A DNA stretch of 64,000 nucleotides from Thalia democratica (taxonomy: Eukaryota): NCBI GenBank assembly GCA_965202585.1, contig OZ241832.1:61380001-61444000 (forward strand), read 5' to 3'. The position numbers were made by a program, and so were the translations under genes. The notes under the pieces are model-generated. The model made no database searches, had not been told where the DNA came from, and saw nothing but the letters and a program-made list of their open reading frames with translations. Positions 13,401 through 25,400 of this stretch are shown piece after piece (position 1 is the first letter of the stretch; each line of letters begins with the position of its first letter).

Positions 13401-16400
13401 TGTTTACAAAACAACCAACTCTCTTATGAATTTCTCCTTCCCACCCAATATGTTTACAAAACAACCAACTCCCTTATGAATTTCTCCTTCCTGCCCCAAT
13501 ATATTTACAAAACAACCAACTCTCTTATGAATTTCTCCTTCCCGCCCAAAATATTTACAAAACAACCAACTCTCTTATGAATTTCTCCTTCCCGCCCCAT
13601 ATGTTTACAAAACAACCAACTCTCTTATGAATTTCTCCTTCCCGCCCAAAATATTTACAAAACAACCAACTCTCTTATGAATTTCTCCTTCCCGCCCAAA
13701 ATATTTACAAAACAACCAACTCTCTAATGAATTTCTCCTTCCCGCCCAATATGTTTACAAAACAACCAACTCTCTTATGAATTTCTCCTTCCCACCCAAT
13801 ATGTTTACAAAACAACCAACTCTCTAATGAATTTCTCCTTCCCGCCCAGAATGTTGCTCCCGAACTCCTCCCCACTGCTCTCGCTGTCTTCCTCGTACTG
13901 AGCCCTCATCTCCGGCGGCATCGCCAGCATCATCCTCTGCTTCCTCTCCTCCTCCGTTTCCTCCTCGAAATCCTCCCCTTCTTCAGATGAGGAGTTTGAG
14001 GAATCGTCCGAGAGTCCCTGGAGTGAAATTTTTGGTAAAAATATAGTGGATTTGTGTGACTGTGTACTTTTTACTTTATAGATCACAACAAAACTTCTAG
14101 ACTTAATTATGAGAAGAATGATCAATTCAAAATTAATTTTTAATATAACAGCTCAATATAACAATATCAAAAAATATTTTTTTGCTAATAACAAAGATCT
14201 TAACTAAACAACTTTGTCAGAATATGTATTGACAATAATTTATTAGATGTGTTATTAATTTTTTAAAATTCTGACTTCTATTTTTTCAGTATTCTTTTTT
14301 TTACTATATGAAGTGTGTAAATGGTACAATAATACAACGTGTGTAAATTTTAAACAAAGCAAGTACTTTGCGGATCGTTGTTAAAACAAAATAAAATATG
14401 TTGATTTGACAAGCACAAAAAATGTTGATTTTTAATAAAGGCTAGTTTAATGCCTACAGTTTATTAGGTTAGTTTTTTATAGTAAATTTCAATAGCAAAT
14501 TAATACCAGACATTGATGTTGTTTTAATAATAGTTTATTAAAAGTTTACTGACGACGGATTATAAATCTGAAAACGTTTTTAACTTGTGCGATATGCAAA
14601 AAGTTTGTAGATTTTAAAAAACTATCTTTAGAATTTTTCTATCTGTTGATGATGTAGAAAAATCACAAATAAAAAACTGACTGTGTCGTGGACTTATTTA
14701 AGAACTTTAAAATAAATCTTGTCTGTTATTTTAAGACGAATGTTTACCCTGAAAGTAACACAAAAACAAATCAAATAAATTTTAATTTGAATTTAACACA
14801 AGCGATTTTGATAATTGTTAATTTGGTCGTCAATAAATTGCGGTTATTCTTATATAAATTAAAACCAGTAGAAGTTATGTCTACAACCTTTTAAACCAGC
14901 GGTTCTTAACCTCGGTTAAATTTACCCCTGGAGCTAAATTCCCTTGCTTTAAAGAGAATTTTTCTTTATCACAAACTGTGTAACTAAATATGTATACATG
15001 GTATTTTTTATTTAAAATTCAGTATTTAACTGCTTTTTTTTGAAGTTTAATAAACTCTTTATATATTACGATTTTTTTATATTTGATGAGCTTTAAGTTC
15101 CAATGATTCTTTTTTTTTCTCAAAATTATACACTATTTTGTATTTTGAGGGTATATTTAGTCATAACCTTCCAAAAAGGCCAAAAAGGGGTAAACAAGAA
15201 AAAAAGTTTTTAAACTAACATTTACATAACTTGTAATAAAGACAAATTTACCCCCCTAAAACAACAGAATACACCCCCAGGGGTAAATTTACCCTGGGTT
15301 AAGGATCACTGACCTCTAAACAAATGTTGATCTAAGCTGAGATAAGTGATATAAAAGCTATGAAAATAAAAACAATTATTTTTCACTCACTAACACAACA
15401 ATCATCAACAATTTGAGAAAGAATTACTTTTTACCAAACTTACGTCTAAAAAAGAACAAACAAGCTTTTTTTACTCCCAAACATTATTTCTTTAAAATTA
15501 ATCTAAACTTATTTAACAATCTTTTTTGAAACTAACGTCTATTTCCGCCATCATAGCTGCCATACCTTGTTTGTCAGCCAAAAATTTATCCAACATTCTG
15601 CCTTCGTTATCCGACTTTTTCTCTTCTTCTTGCTTCTTCTCTTTCGCTGTAAGTTTATTTTGTTTGTGTGAAAAAAAATCACGGATCACAAAAAATATGA
15701 CCTGTTTTGGAAATTTCTATCCAATTTTTACGCTAAAGAGAAACAGTAACATTACAGCAACACGGTACTGACATTTAAACCCACATTCCTATTTACTAAA
15801 ATTTTAAACATATACAACCTTTGAAAAGATAAATAGAAAACTAACTCAAAAAACCACCCCCTGACCCATTTCACCCAAACGTGTTTCAGAAAGTACTTTT
15901 TATAACTAATTAAAACTTGATAGTTCATTTAAATATAAACAATTAGTATTCTATCTTTAACCAATCAATCAACAAAATCGGCGAAAGTCTGCAGAACAAG
16001 TCCGGACTTTCGTTTGCCGTGAGACAAGCTCAAATTTAACAAAAGGGTTGATCATGCCAATTCGATCATCAGACCACAAGTTTCGGTCTCAGTCTACCGA
16101 AACTTGTGGTCTGATGATCGAATTGGCATGATCAACCCTTTTGTTAAATTTAACCAATCAAATATGAGCAGTACTTATTTGAGCCGGTTTATATTAAAAT
16201 AAACTCATATTACTGTATTTTCACCTTAAATACTTTGTGCAAACAGACCAATATGAACTTAGAAATCATTAAAAATTATTTTATAAATGTTTATTATTCA
16301 ATATTTAAAAATAGCGTCTAATTAAGTTTATAGAATTTTATATATATTAATAAAACCTTTATCATTGTCTGTGGAGTCCTCGTCTTGTGACTTAATTTCT

Positions 16401-19400
16401 TTCGGTTTCAATTTCTTCACCTTAAAATTGTTTTCTGGTTCTTTCTGCCACCTGGTGGTTAAAATTAAAAAATATTTTTCCAAGGTATTTTATGCTGATT
16501 TAAGATTGAAATAACTATTTTAAACTTAAAGAATAAAGATGTGCAAGCTAAATATTTTATTCACAACTGGGTTTCAGTGACAAAAAATTGCGACCTCTTC
16601 AGGTTAAATAAAATACTAAACTGCACATAACAATGCTGCTTATTAAGTTAACACAAATAACTACAAAATTAAAGAATAAAAGCCATCTCTTAAAAGTTGA
16701 TTAATCTCAACTGTAGAGTATTAATTTGGCAGAAAAAAGCAAAATAAGCAAAATCAGCGAGAAAAATAGTTTTTAGCTTGTGTTTTTTTTTAGAAAAAAG
16801 TAAATTGCATTATTTTATGATTAAAAAAATCTAGTTGTGCATACTACAACTTAACTTAAATAAATATTTGAATAAAAATTAGTATTTAAGTAACAATAAA
16901 TCATTTTGTTGACAACTAAACTAGCTTTCCATTTGATTCACAACAAACTTAGGAATAATATTTCATTTAAGAATTAATTAATTGTAGTTAATTTAATAAT
17001 TGATAATACTAACTTAACTAACGTTTCATTCAATTTAGAAATTTTAATAAAATTTAAAACAAAAAATAGCAATAACATTTAACGTTTAATCACATTTTCA
17101 GAGGCATTTCTAATTAACTTTTTTTTCCTAAATTTAATGTGTCAAACATTCAAAAACACAATAAACACATATTAAGTTAGAGGGGTAGGTGTCAAATATG
17201 CGCAAGCAGACAAAATTGCACGAAGATACTTTTGCACAAGGGGACTAAATTGCACAAAGACACTTTTGCACAAGGGAAATTTTTGCACGGGCTAATTATT
17301 TTATTTTTATTTTTTATTAAATAGTTTTTTTTTTTTTTTTTTTTGTTTTACTATCACTGTTACCCCTAATCGTTACCCTTAGTCAGTAACTTTTTTTTTC
17401 AAACAACTTATCTTTTAGTTTTTTTCTGTTTTTTTTTTACTCTTGTGCAAAAAAGACCCTCCGTGCAAAATTGTCTTCGTTTAATTTTGTCCGCAATTTT
17501 GACCCGTTTCCAAGTTAGACAGATTTGGTACTATTTTAATTAATTAAAATAACAAAACCAATGTTTCATTACATTTCTACAGCCAGTTAAAACTAACTCT
17601 TTAATTAATTTTTAACTTAAATATTTTGAATATGAAACAGACATAAACCTGACAAAAAAATTATTTTAATGTTAGTTATTAAACTTAAATTTATAATTAT
17701 CATAGGTAATAATTATTTAAAATATATTAACAACAAACGTTTCATTGCATTTCCACAACCACTTTTCAGTGACAATTTGGATTTTCAACTTTTTGGCGTC
17801 TTTGTGCTTCACAGTGCCTGGATTTGCATTGACACCACAAATTAAATGGGTGGTTTCTTTTGTTACCTGTTTATTAAATTATTATATTAGTTATTATGTT
17901 TTAATATATATTTGCAGATATAATACTGGATTAACATTCACACCTTAAAATTAAACGGGTCGTTTGTTTTGTTACCTGAAAAATAATAAACACTTTATAA
18001 GTTAAATCTATCTTTGATTAAATCTATTTTCATGTTGAATAGTAACAGTAAATGAGTGGTTTTTTCGTTACTTGTGGGATTATTAAACACTTTTTGTAAT
18101 ATTTAAATATACTATTTTTTTGCATATGTTTGTTTATTAACTTTAAGTTTATGTTTAACAGTAAGCAAACGATCACTGTCATGCTTGTTATTAAATTCAA
18201 CTAATTTGGCAATTATATGAGAATAAAACTAGAATATAACAAAGAATTGTCAATATGTATACTAAAATATTGCAATCAAAATGAAACTTAATAAATGTTA
18301 CCACCAACTAAATAAGCAACTAAACGGGATTTAAATATAATAAAAGATTACCAACGAAACAAATTCATATTATAAATTATAAATAAACAAATTTTTTCAT
18401 AAACATTAGCTCCCATTAGTTTAGCAACAACTCAGGTGTTACAAATTTAATAAAATAATTCAATAATACAATTAACTATATTAAATAAATAAACAAATTT
18501 TTTCATGTATATTTGCGCCAGTCAATTAAGCAATTACATTTTATATCAGCTTAACTCAAACCAATTTTCAAATATTTGTCATTTTTAATATTATTATTTT
18601 ACCACAGATTTACAATTTGAAAATCCGCTCTGCGGTGAAACTGAGTAATTGTTTATTCTCAAAAATAATAAATTATTAATTATCAATCTCCTATTAGTGG
18701 ATAGATTACTGTGTCTTATTTATTTGTTCTAAACTCTCTAGTTAAATTACATAACTTGGGTGTAACAATTCAAAAAAAAAAAAACTAATAACAGTATAAC
18801 TATTATAGATAATAAATAAACAAACCTTCTCATGAATATTAGCTACCATGAATTTAGCAATAATATAACTTAGATGTTACGGTTTAAAATATAATAAATT
18901 TTAAATAAAATAATCAAACTAACTTTCTCATGAATACTAGCTCCCATCAACTTAGCAATAGCATGACTTGGATGTTCTCCCTTCGTATTTACATCCCATT
19001 TATTTGGTACAACTCCAGTGAATGCAAGATTGCAATTCTCAAGTGTCTGTAATAATTATTGTTTATAGTATACTAAATTATTAGCAAATAACTTATTTAG
19101 TACAATTCCAGTGAAAGCAAGATTACAATTTTCTAATATCTACAGAATAATAATTGTTCGTTTATCTAGTTTTTTTTTTTTTTTTTGTTATTTTGCATAT
19201 TTGGTAACACAAAAATAATACTTTTGCAAATCTATCAATTCAGTAAAATAATTACTTTTTCATTATTATTATCATTATTATTAGTATGTACTTCGATTTT
19301 GTAGTTATTAAAACTATTCCAGAAAAAGCTACAATGCAATTAGTCATGTCTGAACTTAAAAAATATTAATATTTCACAATTCAATTATAACTAAAAATTG

Positions 19401-22400
19401 GAAAAACAATAATTTTATTTCTGGAAATTCTTTGTTTTACTCTAAAAAATCGATACAGAAGTCGTTATAGTAACTTGTTGTGGAATATATAATTTAAATT
19501 GAATTTATTACTATAGTAGATGAGCCTGTTATTTTATAGAGATAAATAATTTATGACGATACTAATTTAAACTACGTTATATAGTAAATGATATAAAAAA
19601 ATAATTTTAAACAGTTTACTCTATTAATTATACGTTTTTTATTTATAACATACTATTATAGTATATTTCTAAAACTATTTGTGTATCATTAAATTGAAAT
19701 ACTTTGGATATTTGTTATATACAAATGTTTCTTTATTACAACAAAAGTTTTGAAAACTCTATTTTATCATTACATAAACAAAAACTGTGTGACTAAATAT
19801 TTATATAACTATCTCTTCAACAAGAACTAATTTTTAAACTCTTAAACTTAACTTGACTCAATACTAAACAATAATAAACAAAATTAAACTTTTTTTCTGA
19901 GAAAAGGAATTATTTCGGAGACTTGAGGCATGATTTTTTTGTTTTTATTTTTGCATTTCTTGTAAGCCTTGTAATATTCTTCATGGACCTTGTTCAAAAT
20001 TCCACCCAATATGTTGAGGTAGGTGTCGTTGTCAGTTGGAACTGTTTGAAAATAATATTATACATTTAAATTATCTTAAATTCAACCCAATATGTTTAAA
20101 TAGTTGTCGTGAGGTACTGAATAGAAAAAAATTATATATTAATTATTTATTATCCAAAATTCTACCGAATATGTTTAAATAATTGTCATTATCAACTGGA
20201 ACTGTTTGGAAATAAAGATTTTGTTTATTTATATATTCTACAGTAACAGTATTATAATATTTAATAAAACTCTCAAATCGTCCTTAGGTATGTTAACTAT
20301 TTTGCTGAAGAAGAATATGAAAGTACTCCAAACAATATGAGAATAAAATAAGAACTAAGCAGATTTTTTTGAAGTATAGTTGTTTTTATATATAGCATTT
20401 ATATATTTTATTATTTTTCAAAACTAAACCAAACATATTTAGGTTACTGTCGTTGTCAAATTGAACTGATGTGTAACAAAATTATATTTTTTATTTACTC
20501 AATTTTAACATATCTTAAAGTTCGACCCAATGTGTTTAGATATTTTTGTTACCCATTTGTTTAGATATTTTGCAAGTATAGGAGTGAAACATTGTTTTGA
20601 TTGTAATAAACTGTTGAAATAAATATTGGATATAAATCTCCTTAAAGACATTTAAGTCGAGAACTTTAAATTGTTTGATTTAAAACAAGTTACATTATTA
20701 TATTTTTGTTACCATAAAAACACTAATAACATCATTATTATTTATTTTACTTTTAAAAAATAAATTTAGATTGGTCTTTTTGGTACACAAACCATTAGAC
20801 AAATAGTTTTCGTGAACAATCATTCTAATAATTGCTTATCAAAATATTTTTTTTAAGCATATTTGGGCTTTTGTTTCTGTAAATGAAAATAATTTTTCAA
20901 ATAAACTGTGGTGTGTGCATTGCAAATAAAATAATTGTACATGTAGCTACAAAATAACAAAACTAATATTATTTTTCAACTTTTTTAAACCATCAGAAAA
21001 ATCTGACACACTCATAAGGATAACTTTTTGTGATACCTTTAGTTTCTTCTTTTTTATTTTTGCAAGAATCATTTTTCTTTGTTACGTCATCACTTTTATT
21101 ATTTACGTCACTGTTTTTATCCGTGTCTTTTTTGTCTCCATCAACGTTTGTTGTAGAAGTGACTTCGCATTCATCTATATAAATTAAATTGTGCAAAACA
21201 TATAATAATACTGTGCAAAAAAAGTTATAAAATTAAACATAAAGTGTGTGCAAAGTAAAATATATCAACCAGTATTTTCAAATCTGTGCTAGTTAGCATA
21301 ATATTTTTGTTTTTATTTAACTTAAACTTGAAAAAAAAATCAAGTTACAATATAAACATTAGTTTTGAATATTCATTGAACTGTTTTTATCGGAAATACT
21401 ACTTTTCAATAAAATTGCATATGCTTGTCATGCCGTTAAAAAGCGCATGCATTTTAAGTTTATAAAATAAAATGTGTTAGCAGCACGAAACTCTATTTTA
21501 AAATTAAATTAAAAGCCTTTCGTCAGAAGTAAAGCACAGGACTAATGCATCATTTTGACAATTTTAAATATAATTCAGAATTTTAGTAAAATATATTTTA
21601 ATATTCAGTTTAAATAAATCGATATTTTTAAAGAAAATTTATCTGAGTCATGTTTTTACCATAAATAACTCAATGTTTTAAAAAGCCCTACTAATCATTT
21701 TGTTCGTTACATTAATATTATTTGATTAGAGCGTATAATTAAATTAGCTTTTTTTTTTTGATGAAGCTTAATTAAAATAGGCTTGAAAAATTTTATAATA
21801 TAAATTTATAGAGAATAAAAAAATAAACTGGTGAAATAAGAAAAGATTTAGAATGACAAGCATTGTTACAAATGCTTAAAATTGAGTTAACCTACTTACA
21901 CACATTAAAATTAGAGTGAGAATTTTTTTTGTTATATCTTTTCTAGCATATACAAGAGTAAACGAAATACTTAGTAAGAAAATGTAATACTAAAACACTT
22001 AAATTAAAAACTAATGTTTTCTATATTTTAAGTTTTTGTCAAACTAAATCTAAAATCTGCTATCATCCAATATAAATTTTAAGACAGGCTAAAGTTGTAA
22101 ACAAGTATAAAATTGATCAGTCATTAAAAAAAATAAACTAACATGCAGAAAAATCAATTTTTAAATATAGAACAAAACAAGCATAAATTTTTTCATGCTT
22201 GTCCCTTAAAATGTAAAAATTCAATAGTTTTCATTGTATTTTCTATGTAAAATATATGTTGTTAAAAATAAACCATTTTTTGAGAGTTTAGGAGATGTTG
22301 CTTCATCGGTGCTGTCATCTAACTTCCTTTTCTTACCTTTAGTTTCCTAAAATAAATAACATTACATATTTATTTGTTTAAAATAAATATCATTTAAATA

Positions 22401-25400
22401 CAACGTTAGCAACAAAAAAATTTTTATTTATTCAAAAAAAAAAGTTTTTATCATTAAAAGTGACTAATTAAACAACAAGACTATTGGTAGTTCAAATGAT
22501 TAATACTTTTTTTCAAACATTTTATTTGAAGTACAATTAAAATATTTAAACAAAAAAACCAACTACCTTCTGCTTGAGAATTTTATCTGGATCATTTATG
22601 TCTCCGGAACCTACAAAAAATTACTATTTTTCATTAAAATAACTAGTTTAAAATTTGTAGAGAAGTTAATAATTATACTTTTTTTAAGTATGTAAGAAAT
22701 AAAATAAATTCAAAAAAAAGGTAAACTTTATTTTGTAAAGCAGTTCAGAGTTTTAAGAATTTGCCTTTTTTTTTTTGTTTTAAGCATAAATTTATTGAAT
22801 ACAATATAAAATAATTCATATTTAGCCTAATTGAAAATACTCTTCAATAAACTTAAGTACGTTGTTAAATTTAGTTCTTTTGATCAGAAATAAAAACAAA
22901 TTGTATTTATAAATATTTAAAAAACAATTAGAATTACGTTTTCTTCTTTTAATTTTTTTTTCTAACTTTATGAACTAAATGAGAAATTTAATCAAAATTT
23001 TTTTTTTAAGAGCTTGAAATACACATTTCAAAAGAAAAGAGTAGGGAAATAGGAACTTTTAAAAATAGTAATAATCTTTTAAGATTTTTGTTGTTAATTT
23101 TAAATGTCAATTTGAAACTAAATGGAATGTTTTATTTTTTAGTGATAACTTTTGATATTTTTTAAACTCACAAAACTTGGTACTGAAAAAATTGAGTAAC
23201 AAATTAATTAATCAAAAAGCATTAATAAATAACTACTTTTAAAAACTAAAAAATAACAACATAATAGGATAAATATGAAAATTTTTTAACTTTGATGACA
23301 TTATTTTTAAAATAACCAGGGAAATATGAATATTTTTAACTTTCATGGCATTATTTTCCAACTAAACTGGGAAATATGAATACTTTTTAACTCTGATGAC
23401 ATTATTTTTGAACTTAACTGAGAAATGTAAATATTTTAACTTTAAACTATAATATTTTCAAATTAACCAGGAAAATAAAAATATTTTTTAACTTTGATGA
23501 CATTATTAATAAACTAACCAGGGAAATATGAATATTTTTTAACTTTGATGACATTATTTTTGAACTTAACTGGGAAATGTAAACATTTTTACTTTAAATG
23601 ATAATATTTTCAAAATAACCAGGAAAATAAAAATATTTTTAAATTTTAATGACTTTATTTTCAAACTAACCAGGGAAATATGAATACTTTTTAACTTTGA
23701 TGACATTATTTTCGAATCCCTTCCACACGTCATTTCTGTCATCAATCATACAAACCATCGATGTTCCATTGGGAAATATGTGACTGAAAATTAATTCATT
23801 TAAATTTATTTATTATCATACATACCATCGATTTACTATTTGGAAATATGTGACTGAAAAATAATTAATTGATAATAATATTAATATAAATCACAGCATT
23901 GAAGTTCCATTTAGAATTATGTGGTTAAAAAATAATGTATACAAATTAAATTTATTTACTAAAATACTTGCACAACTCATTTATTTTTTAAATGAATCGT
24001 ATTTAATACCTAGTTCATTCTTATGGCTAAAACACATACTTTTTACTATAAATAACATTGGTCAAAAAACTCAAAATATACAAAACTCATATTTTGTTGT
24101 TACTAATCTCTGAAAAAAAACATCATCCATTATTCTTATTTTATATAAGCCAAAACATCAAATTAAATGAATAAATAATGTATAAATTATGTTTACCATA
24201 AGAAATCTTACCGCATATTAGCACTTTTGTGATTTTTATCGAAACACTCGTCTCTTGACAGGATCCGATTTCCGAACAGAGATTTGTCCGGATCGACGAT
24301 CGTTGCTATTTTTTCTGCGTAACTCCTGTAAAAAAATAATTTTTTTTTTTTTTTTTAATTTAGTAAGTTAATAGAAGTTCAAGTAGTCAGCATTTAACTA
24401 ATAATAAAAGTTAAATTTATATTGGTATATAAAAGAAAATACAGTTACACTATCGTTGCTATTTTTTCAGCGTAACTCCTATAATAAATAATTATAATGT
24501 AGAAAGTTCAACTAGTCGGTAATTGAATATTAGTATAACTTCTAGTATTTAGTAATTATAATGTGTTACGTTTATAACTGTTGTTGCTGTTTTATCAGTG
24601 TAACTCCTACAATAATTGATATAAACTCAAGTAGTTGGTATATACAATGCACTTTATTTAGAACAACCGCCGCTATTTCCACTGTGTAAGTTAATATAAA
24701 ATGATTAAAACAAGTATCATGAGATTTTGAAGTAGAAACAGCTTTGCTTATTACCTCGTTATACCGAGTTCGTTAGTCAATAGTTCCTAAAAACTTGATT
24801 TGAATTGAACCAAACTGCTTTTACAAGAGCCAAAGAATTATGCAGTTCTTAACACTTTTTTATATCATCACAATATGTTGTTTTAAATAATTGAGATCAA
24901 ACAAAAAGTCAAACTTGTTATTAAAAGTAACAGCTCATTGTGACAATAGTTTTGTTATCAAATAATTTTTACTAATTTCAAAAACAATGATTTTCATTTC
25001 ACCTGTTACCAAAAGTGACAATCATCAGCTGAAATATTTTGCTTAAAAAACACAAAAAAATCACATTAGAATTAATATTAATTAAATGAATATTTCTAAC
25101 CTGTTGCCAAAAGTGACAATCATCAGCTGAAATATATTGCTCATGTGCGTTAGAAATTCTGCGGTGTTCGGCCTCAATTTAGTGTGCATCATCTGTTTAT
25201 TGGGTGCTCCCGGTAATTTGAATGAATGGATTTCCTATAAAAAATAATTGAAATAAATTATATTTATTATGAGCATAACTTGCTTATTTAGAGCCCCTGG
25301 TAATTTGAATGAGTGTATTTGCTAAAAAGTAGTTTAAAAATTAATCAAAATATTTTTAATTATGTTATTATGTTCATCATCTGCTTATTTGGTGCCCCTG

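Noticed and set aside
11745-13852. CRISPR array
   Set aside because: The units are contiguous with no unique spacers, no cas genes are present, the context is eukaryotic, and the unit derives from a host exon junction.
16096-16130. Hammerhead ribozyme in the palindrome (GAAAC and CTGATGA both present)
   Set aside because: The order and the 8-nt spacing do not allow stems I and III to form.
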